Below, in pieces: positions 1 to 9,690 of a stretch of DNA of 64,000 nt. How positions within the stretch are numbered: position 1 is the stretch's first letter; every line of letters begins with the position of its first letter. Below the pieces are notes generated by a model. The model was not told where the DNA came from and did not search any database. It saw only the letters and a list, made by a program, of their open reading frames with translations. The DNA comes from Escherichia coli (GTDB lineage: Bacteria > Pseudomonadota > Gammaproteobacteria > Enterobacterales > Enterobacteriaceae): NCBI RefSeq assembly GCF_045037415.1, contig NZ_CP173438.1, one strand, 5' to 3'. The position numbers and the translations under genes were made by a program.

Positions 1-60
1 GTGTTGATAAATAACTTAACCGACCTGCTGGTCCGGCTGACCGATCCGAGGTTACGCTGA
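1..60 (+). CDS. ABC transporter permease, DppB/OppB-like (3' end only; rest lies outside the window)
   Basis: Frame 1 reads VLINNLTDLLVRLTDPRLR*, the usual C-terminal tail of peptide/nickel-type ABC permeases. Its TGA (58-60) shares one base with the ATG of the next permease (TGATG). Confidence 0.5.
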   Translation: MLINNLTDLLVRLTDPRLR

Positions 61-893
61 TGCCGATGTTTCTCTTTTTACGCCGTTTACGCCATTCACC
101 CGCCGCGTTTTGCGGGTTGATAATTATCCTGTTATTGATGCTAATTGCGCTCTTCGCGCCGTGGCTGGCACCTCACGATCCTAACTGGCAGGATGCGGCG
201 GCGCGATTACAAGCACCGAGTCGTCAGCACTGGCTCGGCACTGACAGTTACGGGCGAGACCTACTTTCACGTTTAATCTACGGCAGCCGCCCGGCACTGG
301 GGCTGGTGGCATTGGTGACAATCATTACACTCCCGGTCGGTCTGCTGATTGGCATTTTAGCCGGGTACTACGGCGGCTGGCTGGAACGCGTGCTGATGCG
401 TTTTACTGACATAGTAATGTCAATGCCGCGTTTAATTCTGGCTTTTGCTTTTGTTGCCATGCTGGGGCCGGGGCTGGTTAACGGCGCACTGGCCCTTGCA
501 TTAACCACCTGGCCTGCTTATGCGCGTCAGGCACGGAGTGAGATCCAACGTCTGCGACACAGTGATTATCTTGCCGCCGCAGAAATGATGGGCATCCGCG
601 GCAGGCGTCTGCTGGCTGGTCATATTTTGCCATTGTGCCTGCCATCTGCCATTGTCCGTCTGGCGCTGGATTTAGCGGGTATCATTCTGGCGGCTGCTGG
701 TCTGGGTTTTCTTGGGCTTGGTGCTCGCCCGCCAATGGCGGAATGGGGAGCCATGATCGCCGACGGTATGCAGGTCATTTTTGATCAATGGTGGATTGCC
801 GCCGCTCCCGGCGCAATTATCTTAATTGCCAGTCTGGCCTTTAATCTGCTGGGTGATGGCTTGCGCGATGTTCTGGAGCCTCAACATGACTGA
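60..893 (+). CDS. ABC transporter permease, DppC/OppC/NikC-like
   Basis: 277-aa hydrophobic ORF. Motifs LFAPWLAPHDP and HWLGTDSYGRDLLSRLIYG are typical of DppC-type permeases. Translationally coupled to both neighbours. Confidence 0.85.
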   Translation: MPMFLFLRRLRHSPAAFCGLIIILLLMLIALFAPWLAPHDPNWQDAAARLQAPSRQHWLGTDSYGRDLLSRLIYGSRPALGLVALVTIITLPVGLLIGILAGYYGGWLERVLMRFTDIVMSMPRLILAFAFVAMLGPGLVNGALALALTTWPAYARQARSEIQRLRHSDYLAAAEMMGIRGRRLLAGHILPLCLPSAIVRLALDLAGIILAAAGLGFLGLGARPPMAEWGAMIADGMQVIFDQWWIAAAPGAIILIASLAFNLLGDGLRDVLEPQHD

Positions 894-1722
894 CTCACGT
901 CTTAGTATCAACAATCTCTGCGTCGATTATCCGGAGTCCCGGGTCGTCAACAATGTCAGTTTTACATTAGGCAATGAACGTCTGGCGCTGGTCGGTGAGT
1001 CGGGTTCAGGTAAGTCCATGACCGCCCGCGCCCTGATGGGGCTGGTGCGTAAACCGGGTGTAGTAACCGCGGACACACTTAACATTCTGGGGCGTGATGC
1101 ACTCACCCTTAACGCGCGTGGATGGCAACAGTTGCGCGGTAACGATATCGCGATGGTATTGCAAGATCCGCGTTACGCGCTTAATCCAGTAAAGACAGTA
1201 AAAGCGCAACTGGAAGAGGCGCTTACGCTCCATCAACGTCTGAACCGCCGCGAGAAAGAAGAGAAAATAAACACCGCAATTCAGGCTGTCGGCCTCAATA
1301 CGCGAGTACTGCAAAGCTATCCTCGTGAACTTTCTGGCGGCATGGGGCAGCGAGTGATGATTGCAATTGCGCTCATCAACGATCCCCGGGTATTGATTGC
1401 CGATGAGCCAACATCAGCACTAGATGTGCGCCTGCGTAATCAGATTCTGGAACTGCTGGTTACCCAGTGTGAACAACGTCAGATGGCAATGTTGCTGATC
1501 AGTCACGACCTGCCATTAGTTGCCCAATTTTGCCATCGGGTGCTGGTGATGTATCAGGGAAATAAGGTGGATGAAATGCACGCTGCTGCGCTACCTACAG
1601 CAACGCATCCTTACACGCGCACACTGTGGACTTGCCGCCCAAATGCACAAACTTACGGGCAGATGCTGCCGACGCTGGACAGGACGGCAATGACGCCGGA
1701 GAAATACCATGACGATTGTTGA
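886..1722 (+). CDS. ABC transporter ATP-binding protein, DppD/OppD-like
   Basis: Walker A GESGSGKS, signature LSGGMGQR, Walker B LIADEPTSALD. Start moved to ATG 886 (MTDSRLSINNL), which overlaps the permease stop (ATGACTGA). The ORF-track start at 826 lies inside the permease gene. Confidence 0.85.
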   Translation: MTDSRLSINNLCVDYPESRVVNNVSFTLGNERLALVGESGSGKSMTARALMGLVRKPGVVTADTLNILGRDALTLNARGWQQLRGNDIAMVLQDPRYALNPVKTVKAQLEEALTLHQRLNRREKEEKINTAIQAVGLNTRVLQSYPRELSGGMGQRVMIAIALINDPRVLIADEPTSALDVRLRNQILELLVTQCEQRQMAMLLISHDLPLVAQFCHRVLVMYQGNKVDEMHAAALPTATHPYTRTLWTCRPNAQTYGQMLPTLDRTAMTPEKYHDDC

Positions 1723-2413
1723 AATTAATCACTTACAGGTGACTTTTGCTGAGAAAACCGCAGTTTCTGCCGCCAGTTTTTCGGTTAATGCCGGAGAGAC
1801 ATTTAGTTTAATTGGCGAATCAGGCTGCGGAAAATCCACGATTTTGCGCGTAATTGCTGGATTACAGCGCGACTGGCACGGTCAGGTGTCACTGTTTGGG
1901 CACACCATCAAACCAGGAATGCGTTTTCAGGGCGATCTCCGCCGCAATGTGCAAATGGTGTTTCAGGATCCCTATGCCTCGTTGCATCCCAATCATACTC
2001 TGTGGCGAACGCTGGCTGAACCACTCAAAATTCGTGGCGAAAGAGAAATAGAAAAACGCGTCCAGACTGCACTGGAACAGGTTGGCTTGCCTTTCGACGC
2101 CGCTCGTCGCTACCCACACCAGCTTTCCGGTGGTCAACGGCAACGTGTGGTTATTGCTCGCGCCCTGTTGTTACGACCACAACTTCTTCTGCTGGATGAA
2201 CCCACCTCGGCGTTGGATATGTCGGTACAAGCGGAAATCCTTAATTTGTTGAATCAACTTAAGCTGGAACACCAAATGACATATCTGCTGGTCAGTCACG
2301 ATGCCGATGTCATCGCGCATATGTCTGATCGAGCGGCATTGATGTCCGAGGGAAAAATTCAGCGATTTTTTGATCGCGACGCCATGGAAAAGGGGGAACA
2401 TCGGATGGATTAA
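1709..2413 (+). CDS. ABC transporter ATP-binding protein, DppF/OppF-like (short form, 234 aa)
   Basis: Walker A GESGCGKST, signature LSGGQRQR, Walker B LLLDEPTSALD. 14-nt overlap with the preceding ATPase gene. Confidence 0.85.
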   Translation: MTIVEINHLQVTFAEKTAVSAASFSVNAGETFSLIGESGCGKSTILRVIAGLQRDWHGQVSLFGHTIKPGMRFQGDLRRNVQMVFQDPYASLHPNHTLWRTLAEPLKIRGEREIEKRVQTALEQVGLPFDAARRYPHQLSGGQRQRVVIARALLLRPQLLLLDEPTSALDMSVQAEILNLLNQLKLEHQMTYLLVSHDADVIAHMSDRAALMSEGKIQRFFDRDAMEKGEHRMD

Positions 2414-2523
2414 AAAACCTGACATTGCATTAATTCATTCTGCTTTCAGGTCTTTTTACAGTTGTTTTTTTGTCCACCCGAACACTTTATACTGTCTCTC
2501 CCCTACCAAACTTCATTATCAAA

Positions 2524-3213
2524 ATGAAAAAAATTATCACTTTGATGTTGTTTTTGACATTCTTTGCCCACGCGAACGACTCCGAGCCTGGCAGCCAGTA
2601 TTTAAAGGCAGCAGAGGCCGGAAACCGACGCGCACAATATTTTCTTGCCGACAGCTGGTTTAGCTCCGGCGATTTGAGCAAAGCCGAATATTGGGCACAG
2701 AAAGCCGCCGACAGCGGTGATGCCGATGCCTGCGCGCTGTTGGCGCAGATCAAAATCACCAATCCGGTCAGTCTGGACTATCCACAAGCAAAAGTGCTTG
2801 CCGAGAAAGCAGCGCAAGCGGGCAGTAAAGAAGGTGAAGTAACGCTGGCGCATATTCTGGTAAATACGCAAGCGGGTAAACCGGATTATCCAAAGGCGAT
2901 TTCGCTGTTAGAAAACGCCTCGGAAGATCTGGAGAACGACTCTGCCGTCGATGCCCAAATGCTGCTTGGTTTGATTTACGCCAACGGCGTGGGCATTAAG
3001 GCCGACGATGACAAAGCAACCTGGTATTTCAAACGTAGCTCTGCGATTTCCCGAACCGGTTATTCCGAATACTGGGCGGGAATGATGTTCTTAAACGGTG
3101 AAGAGGGTTTTATCGAGAAGAATAAACAAAAGGCGCTGCACTGGTTGAATCTGAGCTGTATGGAAGGATTTGATACCGGTTGTGAAGAGTTTGAAAAATT
3201 AACTAACGGTTAA
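2524..3213 (+). CDS. yjcO: Sel1-repeat protein YjcO with signal peptide
   Basis: Signal sequence MKKIITLMLFLTFFAHA followed by repeated Sel1-like units (A..YW..KAA..GDA.A). From ATG 2524 it is 229 aa, as I recall for K-12 YjcO. Lies next to gltP. Confidence 0.85.
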   Translation: MKKIITLMLFLTFFAHANDSEPGSQYLKAAEAGNRRAQYFLADSWFSSGDLSKAEYWAQKAADSGDADACALLAQIKITNPVSLDYPQAKVLAEKAAQAGSKEGEVTLAHILVNTQAGKPDYPKAISLLENASEDLENDSAVDAQMLLGLIYANGVGIKADDDKATWYFKRSSAISRTGYSEYWAGMMFLNGEEGFIEKNKQKALHWLNLSCMEGFDTGCEEFEKLTNG

Positions 3214-3217
3214 GGTA

Positions 3218-3655
3218 GGCGCAGCAAACGTCGCATCAGGCATTGATGTCGGATGCGGCGTAAACGCCTTATCCGACCTACAAAAATCACGCCAAATCAG
3301 GCTATTGCGCTGTCTGACGTAGGCCTGATAAGACACGTCAGCATCGCATCAGACATTGATGCCGGATGCGGCGTAAACGCCTTATCCGACCTACAAAAAT
3401 CACGCCAAATCAGGCTATTGCGCTGTCTGGCGTAGGCCTGATAAGACGCGGCAAGCGTCGCATCAGGCGTTGATGTCGGATGCGGCGTAAACGCCTTATC
3501 CGACCTACAAAAATCACGCCAAATCAGGCTATTGCGCTGTCTGGCGTAGGCCTGATAAGACGCGTTAAGCGTCGCATCAGGCGTTGATGTCGGATGCGGC
3601 GTAAACGCCTTATCCGACCTACAAAAATCACGCTACATCAGGCTATTACTCAGTC
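3218..3655. repeat. BIME/REP array: about four tandem units of 113-114 bp, each carrying inverted REP palindromes
   Basis: Unit starts g[tc]cggatgcggcgtaaacgccttatccgacctac at about 3248, 3361, 3475 and 3589. The linker aaaatcacgccaaatcaggctattgcgctgtctg and the second REP gtaggcctgataagacgc are also repeated almost exactly. Confidence 0.9.
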
Positions 3656-3669
3656 AGGCATCCACACAT

Positions 3670-3693
3670 TGCCGGGTGGATATCCCCCCGGCA
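3670..3693 (-). terminator. Hairpin just downstream of the gltP stop (possible terminator)
   Basis: gccggg-N10-cccggc stem starts 9 nt after the gltP stop. No clear U-tract follows, so this is weak as an intrinsic terminator. Confidence 0.35.
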
Positions 3694-3701
3694 ATCTTCA
3701 A

Positions 3702-5015
3702 TTACTGATCTGCTGTTTTATCAAATTTGCCCAACATTTCACGCTCGTAGGCCAGCGCTTTTTTACGGTCAAATTTGTGTTCCCACTTGGCAATCACCAG
3801 CACCGCCAGCGCATTACCCACCACGTTCAGCGCAGTACGCGCCATATCGAGGATACGGTCAACACCGGCAATAAACGCCAGACCTTCCAGCGGAATACCT
3901 ACGCTACCCAGCGTTGCCAGCAGCACCACAAACGACACGCCCGGCACGCCAGCAATCCCTTTCGAGGTCACCATCAGCGTCAGCACCAGAATGATTTCCT
4001 GCCAGATGGACAGGTCAATGCCATACAGCTGAGCGATGAAAATAGCGGCAATACTTTGATACAGCGTCGAACCATCAAGGTTAAAAGAGTAACCGGTCGG
4101 CACCACGAAACTGGTGATCGACGCCGGTGCACCGTAGGCTTCCATCTTCTCAATAATTCGCGGCAGCACGCTTTCAGAACTGGCAGTAGAGTACGCCAGA
4201 ATCAGCTCATCTTTCAGAATACGAATCAGGATCCAGACACTTAACCCGCACAGGCGCGCCACAATTCCCAGTACGACCAGCGCGAAGAACAGAATGGCGA
4301 AATGCACCAGCAGCACCAGTTTCGCCAGTGGCCACAGAGAAGAGAAACCAAAGTTAGCCACCGTCACCGCAATCAGCGCAAACACACCCACCGGCGCATA
4401 ACGCATCACCATGTGAGTCACTTTAAACATGGTTTCAGAGATGGAGCGGAAAACGGTCACCAGCGGTTCACGATGCGTCGCGGGCAGGGATGAAAGCCCC
4501 AGACCAAACAGCACCGAGAAGAAGATGATCGGCAGCATTTCGCCTTTCGCCATCGACGCCACGATGTTCGTCGGCACCAGCGACAAAATCGTGCCCATAA
4601 TGCCGTGGGAACTGCTTTGTACCGCTTCCGTAGTGCTCTGATATTTCGAGATATCGACGGTCGCCAGCTGCGACATATCCACCCCGGCACCGGGCTGGAA
4701 GACGTTCGCCAGAGTGATCCCCAAAATGATGGCGACGGTGGTGATCACCTCGAAGTAGATAATGGTTTTCGCACCAATACGCCCGAGCTGTTTGGCATCA
4801 CCAACACCCGCGATACCCACCACCAGCGTGGAGATCACAATCGGCACAACAATCATTTTGATCAGATGGATGAAGATATCACCCGCCGGAGAGAGCAAAT
4901 TGACGACCAGCCAGTCGCGGCTGTCGCTATGGTAGTGCAGGTAGCTTCCCAGGAGAATGCCCAGCACCATAGCAAACAGAATCTGCCAGGCCAGGCTGAA
5001 TTTTATATTTTTCAT
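3702..5015 (-). CDS. gltP: Glutamate/aspartate:proton symporter (DAACS family)
   Basis: 437-aa ORF (MKNIKFSLAWQILFAMVLGILLGSYLH...) with the length and sequence I recognise as E. coli GltP. Conserved position between yjcO and nrfG. Confidence 0.95.
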   Translation of the reverse strand: MKNIKFSLAWQILFAMVLGILLGSYLHYHSDSRDWLVVNLLSPAGDIFIHLIKMIVVPIVISTLVVGIAGVGDAKQLGRIGAKTIIYFEVITTVAIILGITLANVFQPGAGVDMSQLATVDISKYQSTTEAVQSSSHGIMGTILSLVPTNIVASMAKGEMLPIIFFSVLFGLGLSSLPATHREPLVTVFRSISETMFKVTHMVMRYAPVGVFALIAVTVANFGFSSLWPLAKLVLLVHFAILFFALVVLGIVARLCGLSVWILIRILKDELILAYSTASSESVLPRIIEKMEAYGAPASITSFVVPTGYSFNLDGSTLYQSIAAIFIAQLYGIDLSIWQEIILVLTLMVTSKGIAGVPGVSFVVLLATLGSVGIPLEGLAFIAGVDRILDMARTALNVVGNALAVLVIAKWEHKFDRKKALAYEREMLGKFDKTADQ

Positions 5016-5357
5016 CAGAATAACTTCCTCAATGGAGCGCCGTTCCCCGTTCAGAAACGCGAGAACGTGACATACTGCCAGGGCATGAATTGTGTTGCGT
5101 TGGTTTGTAGATTTTTTTAACGCTTATGATCAGTATCATTTGCGCGGTATGTTGCGCAACCCTTTAACAACAGAGCTTTTCGCTGCATTAATGCATAATA
5201 ACGCGAGTTTATGGCAGGATTAATGAATAACCATTTGTTATAGAAGGATTTTTATTTGTTTAATCTGCAATAATACTGATTAGTGATTATTTTTGATTAT
5301 ATGTTCATTCGATTATTTTTTATGCAGCTCAATAACATAATCTTCATCACCAGATGA

Positions 5358-5954
5358 TTAATCTGATCTCCGCTGCAACAATTTCGCCATATTAATCGAC
5401 TCGACCAGCTGTGTCCGGTTGATCCGGGGTGAGTTGAGATCCATCACTTTTTGCCATAGTTCGATGGCTTGCGCGTAATTCGCCTGCATAAACGCATCGG
5501 AAGCCAGCAGCATCAGAGCGGTGATTTCGTTAGAGTCCAGCGCGAGGGCTTTGTCGATCATTGCGCGAGCCTGGACGGTCATATGTTGGCTGGCCTGGTA
5601 ATACAGCACCGTCGCCAGCGCCGCATACAGTTCAGCGTTCTCACCACGTAGTTGCAACGCCTGACGGTACGCCAGCAGCGAATTGCTGTAATCGTTTTGC
5701 CACAGATAATACTCGCCCAGTAACGCCCACTGTTCGCTGTTTTGTGGATTAGCACGGATTTTATCCTGCAATGCCTGAAGCTGCGCTTCCGGGGTTTGCT
5801 GGCTGGCAAACTGATGCAGCGGATCGCGCTGACGCTGATACTCCGCACGTACCGCCTGCCATTTTGGACTTAACAGATAACTGCCGACACAGAGAAATAC
5901 CATCAAAATCGTGAGTGTTGTCAGCATTTTCACCGGTATTTGGGGCTGTTTCAT
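5358..5954 (-). CDS. nrfG: NrfG, TPR protein for NrfA CXXCK haem attachment
   Basis: From ATG 5954 ([13 protein letters not shown]...) it is 198 aa, as in K-12. ATGA overlap with the nrfF stop. TPR-like repeats. The 22-codon upstream extension in the ORF track overlaps nrfF. Confidence 0.9.
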   Translation of the reverse strand: MKQPQIPVKMLTTLTILMVFLCVGSYLLSPKWQAVRAEYQRQRDPLHQFASQQTPEAQLQALQDKIRANPQNSEQWALLGEYYLWQNDYSNSLLAYRQALQLRGENAELYAALATVLYYQASQHMTVQARAMIDKALALDSNEITALMLLASDAFMQANYAQAIELWQKVMDLNSPRINRTQLVESINMAKLLQRRSD

Positions 5955-6334
5955 CGCTTCGCCCTCACTCGCCAGAGGATCAGTGCCATCAGCAGTAACA
6001 ACACTACTGGCAGCGCCCACAACACCAGAGTCTGACCCGTTAACGGTGGGTTATAGCGAACAAAATCTCCGTAGCGTTCGGTCATCCAGCCAATGATTTC
6101 GACTTCACTTTTCCCCTCTTCCACCATGGTGTAAACCTGATGGCGCATACTGACTGCCACCGGCGCATTGGATTCCAGTAAGTTCTGATTCTGGCACTGC
6201 GGACAACGTAACTGGCTGGCAATATTTAACGCCTGTTCCTGTTGTTGCGGATTAGCGAATTGCCAGGTGTCTACAACCTGAGCGCGCGCAAAACAGGTAA
6301 ATAACAGCAGTAGCGTGAGAAGCCCTTTATTCAT
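5951..6334 (-). CDS. nrfF: NrfF, CcmH-like thiol-disulfide protein
   Basis: 127 aa with a signal peptide and the CPQC motif (LRCPQCQNQ). Operon position. Confidence 0.9.
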   Translation of the reverse strand: MNKGLLTLLLLFTCFARAQVVDTWQFANPQQQEQALNIASQLRCPQCQNQNLLESNAPVAVSMRHQVYTMVEEGKSEVEIIGWMTERYGDFVRYNPPLTGQTLVLWALPVVLLLLMALILWRVRAKR

Positions 6335-8009
6335 CGCGCTTCCTTCCCCGCCATCCGCTTAACAATGCGCCCGCAATCATCAACAATCCTCCCCCCCAGA
6401 TCCAGCGCACACCGCTTTGTACATACAAACGAAATGCGTAACGATCCGCTCCGGTTTTCTCTCCCATGACCGCATACCAGTCATGGATGCCGTTCCAGCG
6501 AATCGAGGGTTCCATCATTTGCTGACGGCGTGCTTCGTAAAAACGCCGCTCCGGCGTTAATTCACCAATGCGTTGCTGATGGTCAAACAGTGCCACTATC
6601 GCTTTTTCGCTGGTGTAATTGCCTTTGGCTTGCAGATCGAGGCGCTCAAAACGGAAGGTGTATCCTGCCAGCGTCACCTGCTGACCCGGCTGTAAATTCA
6701 GGCTGATCTCCTGACGGCTGACGCTGGAAACCACGATCCCCGCGGCAAATAACAGCACGCCCGCATGCGCCAGCAGCGTCGGAAGCCGCGCGCGTTTGCC
6801 AGAGACAAACGTCGCCAGCACAATCACCACCAGCATCAACAGAGCAAACGGTAACGTCGCGCGGTTAAAATACGGCGCGCCAACGGAGAGGCGTCCCCAG
6901 CCCAGCAGGCCGTAAATCATCGGATAAAGCGTTCCCACCAGCACGATCAGTAGCACTGCGCAAAACAGCAACAGCGTAGCGAGGATTAACATTTCCCGCG
7001 ATAACCCCGAAAAACGCACCGCCGGGCCACCGTCCCGCGCTCGCCAGCCATACAGAGCCAGAGACGCAAGGCTAATCAGTACAAACAGGCCGAACAACGG
7101 CACGGCGCGGACGTTATCCAGCGCGAACGCATGAACCGAAACCAGAATGCCAGAACGGACAATCAACGTGCCCAGCAGCGACAGCATCAGAGTAACTATC
7201 GTCAGCAACAGCGACCAGTGGCGGAAAATCCCCCGCTGGCGTGTCAGGGATAAACTGTGCAGCAGCGCTGTGGCAGAAAGCCAGGGTAGTAAAGAGGCGT
7301 TTTCCACCGGATCCCAGAACCACCAGCCGCCCCAGCCCAGTTCGCAATAGGCCCACCAGGAACCGAGGATGATCCCCGCTGTTAATGCGCTCCAGCCAGG
7401 TAGTGCCCAACGCCAGCAAATTCGGGCGCAGGTACCATCAAACTCGCCGCGCAGTAAACTCGCCAGCGCCACGCTCGCCGCCACCATCAAACCGCCGTAG
7501 CCGAGATAAAGCAGCGGTGGATGAAAGATAAGACCGGGATGTTGCAGCATCGGATTGAGATCGCGGCCTTCGATTGCTGGTGGAAATATCCGCACGAAGG
7601 GATCGGACCACAGCACCACAAACAGTAGCAGTGCGGCGAGCATGAGAGATAAAACGGCTAGCGTCAGCGGAAATAGCGGATCGGTTTGCTGCCGGTAATG
7701 CCAGGCAAACAGCGCGCTCCAGGCGGAAAGCAGCAGCACCCAAAGCAACAGCGAACCTTCATGACCGCCCCACACCGCCGCCAGTTTGAGTTCCCACGAC
7801 AGCAGGCTATAGCTATGTTGGGCGACATAAATAACCGAGAAATCGCTGATGAGAAAACAATACGTCAGTACGCCAAAGGCGAGCAGCAGGAGCGCGAACT
7901 GCGCCAGAATGCCGATGCAAGTGAGTCGCATCATGGCAGGCCAGCGCAACCGCACTCCCGCGAAGGCCGTCAACGGGATCAACACGTTGACCCCGAGACT
8001 TAACAACAA
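6327..8009 (-). CDS. nrfE: NrfE, CcmF-like haem lyase
   Basis: Polytopic membrane protein with the W-rich motif GWGGWWFWDPVENASLLPW. The track ORF starts at TTG 8009. A GTG 8 codons downstream (7985) gives the 552 aa I recall for K-12. The true start is uncertain (see findings). Confidence 0.9.
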   Translation of the reverse strand: MLLSLGVNVLIPLTAFAGVRLRWPAMMRLTCIGILAQFALLLLAFGVLTYCFLISDFSVIYVAQHSYSLLSWELKLAAVWGGHEGSLLLWVLLLSAWSALFAWHYRQQTDPLFPLTLAVLSLMLAALLLFVVLWSDPFVRIFPPAIEGRDLNPMLQHPGLIFHPPLLYLGYGGLMVAASVALASLLRGEFDGTCARICWRWALPGWSALTAGIILGSWWAYCELGWGGWWFWDPVENASLLPWLSATALLHSLSLTRQRGIFRHWSLLLTIVTLMLSLLGTLIVRSGILVSVHAFALDNVRAVPLFGLFVLISLASLALYGWRARDGGPAVRFSGLSREMLILATLLLFCAVLLIVLVGTLYPMIYGLLGWGRLSVGAPYFNRATLPFALLMLVVIVLATFVSGKRARLPTLLAHAGVLLFAAGIVVSSVSRQEISLNLQPGQQVTLAGYTFRFERLDLQAKGNYTSEKAIVALFDHQQRIGELTPERRFYEARRQQMMEPSIRWNGIHDWYAVMGEKTGADRYAFRLYVQSGVRWIWGGGLLMIAGALLSGWRGRKRDE

Positions 8010-8064
8010 CGCCAGAAAACCGACTTCAGGAAGGAATACGTCCAGAAACCACCTCTGTTCTGGC

Positions 8065-9021
8065 TTACGCCACCGTTAACTGCCCGGCGTAGAGAATGAA
8101 AAAGCGCAGCATCAACACGCCGACCAGGCTGGCCCCACATGCCGCCAGCACGGCAGGAATGCCGGAACTGCGATTGACCCACGGTTTGAGCAACATTGGC
8201 ACAATCAGCCCCAGCCCGGCGACACCAAGCCAGAACCACCACGTCCAGAAACCGCCGCCCAATGCCGCCACCAGCGCACGCACTTTACCGTCATCGCCCA
8301 GCGCCAGACCGACAAAAAACGCCACCAGCAGGAAGATTTCACCCCATACCACGGGGATTTCCATACGGTGTACAAAGTGCGCTTCCGTGGAATGCGGGTT
8401 ACTGCGTTGGCGTATCGCCATGGCGATCAGCGCCACCGCCGCACCGGACGAGATGCCGGAGAAGAGGAACAGCACCGGCAGGATCGGGTTATTGAGGAAC
8501 GGATACGATTTCAGCGCCGACAGCAGAAAGCCGGTATAAGCCCCCAACAACACCGCCAGCACCAGCATCAATGTTTCCAGTCCGCGATGAACGGGCGTCA
8601 GCAGGCTCAAGACCTTTTGCACGATCCCCAGCTTCGGCAACCAGCGTTGTTGCAGGGCAAGCAAATCATGTTCAAAGATTTTCGCCAGCCACAGCACCAG
8701 CACCACCATGTAAAGCTGAAACAGCATCACCCCCATCGACATCACCGAGGTAAAACTGTAGTGGAACATCAGCTTCCAGAAGGTCCACGGTCTTGTCAGG
8801 TGGAAGACGAGGATCAACAGACCGAGGATCACCGCGCCAGGCCCGACAATCAGCGTGGTGCGCAGCAACGTACTGTCTGCACCGCCTGCCTGCGGGTAGA
8901 AGCGACGTAACAGCACGGCCAGTGTCACCAGACCGGCAGAAATACCAATCAAAAACAGGTAGATGGCAATCGGCCAGTCCCACACCAGCGATTCAAAATG
9001 AAATGCGGAAGTCTGCGTCAT
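8065..9021 (-). CDS. nrfD: NrfD, integral membrane quinol dehydrogenase subunit
   Basis: 318-aa polytopic ORF. ATGA-type overlap with the nrfC stop (9018-9021). Operon position. Confidence 0.9.
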   Translation of the reverse strand: MTQTSAFHFESLVWDWPIAIYLFLIGISAGLVTLAVLLRRFYPQAGGADSTLLRTTLIVGPGAVILGLLILVFHLTRPWTFWKLMFHYSFTSVMSMGVMLFQLYMVVLVLWLAKIFEHDLLALQQRWLPKLGIVQKVLSLLTPVHRGLETLMLVLAVLLGAYTGFLLSALKSYPFLNNPILPVLFLFSGISSGAAVALIAMAIRQRSNPHSTEAHFVHRMEIPVVWGEIFLLVAFFVGLALGDDGKVRALVAALGGGFWTWWFWLGVAGLGLIVPMLLKPWVNRSSGIPAVLAACGASLVGVLMLRFFILYAGQLTVA

Positions 9022-9690
9022 TGGCTCACCTCCCCGTATTTAAACGGTACGCGGTACAGCTTCGGTTTGGTGCCCAGCGCCAGCTTGTAGCGGTAAGTGG
9101 GCTTCTGGCGCAGCAGTTGCGAAATCTCACTGTTGGGATCGTCCAGATTGCCAAACGTCAGCGCCTTCGTCGGGCAAGCTTCAACGCACGCGGGCAGCTT
9201 ACCGGCCTGCAAATGGGTCTTACGGCAGAAATCGCATTTGTCCGCCGTCTTCGTGACCGGATGGATAAAGCGCACGCGGTACGGACAGGCGGCGATGCAG
9301 TACTGACAACCGACGCAGAGATCCGGATTAACATCGACAATCCCACTGGCAGCGTCGCGAAAAGACGCACCGGTCGGGCAGACGTCAACGCACGGCGCAT
9401 GATCGCAGTGCTGGCAAGACTTACGGAAGAAGCGATATTTCACATCAGGAAATTCGCCCTGCGGCTCGCTACGAATAATCGTCAGGCGCGAGACGCCTTC
9501 CGGCACCTTGTTCACTTTCCGACAAGCATCCATACAGGCGGTACAGCCGATGCATAACGACTCGTCATGCACCATGCCGTAACGCACCCCATTGATATTC
9601 AACGTTTTCGCCACCACGCGCCCTGCGGTGCCGCTGACGGCGGCCAGCACACCGACGCCGGTGAGAAACTGGCGACGAGAACCAGGTCAT
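9018..9690 (-). pseudogene. nrfC: nrfC (4x[4Fe-4S] ferredoxin subunit), with its start codon out of frame because of a 1-nt insertion after codon 3
   Basis: The body frame (9018-9686) encodes PGSRRQFLTGVGVLAAVSGTAGRVVAK... with cysteine clusters CIGCTACMDAC, CQHCDHAPC, CVGCQYCIAAC. The only ATG (9688-9690, ATGACCTGGTTCTCG) is in another frame. The ORF track therefore starts at GTG 9650, downstream of the twin-arginine motif. Confidence 0.6.

Noticed and set aside
3218-3655. Regularly spaced repeats that could be mistaken for a CRISPR array.
   Set aside because: The sequence between the palindromes is itself repeated, so there are no unique spacers. The palindromes are classic REP sequences, and no cas genes or leader are nearby.
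3253-4244. Track ORFs 3253-3435 and 3594-4244, both starting MRRKRLIRPTKIT.
   Set aside because: The shared N-terminus is a translation of the REP repeat. The long one then runs antisense through gltP with an Arg/His/Gln-rich low-complexity composition.
7975-8105. My base-by-base reading of the printed lines labelled 7981 and 8041 is shifted by one nucleotide relative to the ORF track. There appears to be an extra c at the 7980/7981 line break and one a too few at 8100/8101. If real, this would frameshift nrfE and nrfD.
   Set aside because: Four independent ORFs in the supplied track (6327-8009, 7686-8003, 7849-8079, 8096-8539) read through both points without the changes. The two anomalies compensate exactly and both sit on line breaks. 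I treat this as a reading or formatting artefact and used ORF-track coordinates there.
9687-9689. The TGA separating in-frame nrfB and the nrfC body, considered as a selenocysteine or programmed read-through codon.
   Set aside because: No SECIS-like stem-loop follows the TGA. In reference strains the same TGA is simply the nrfB stop overlapping the nrfC ATG. The in-frame arrangement is a by-product of the 1-nt insertion.
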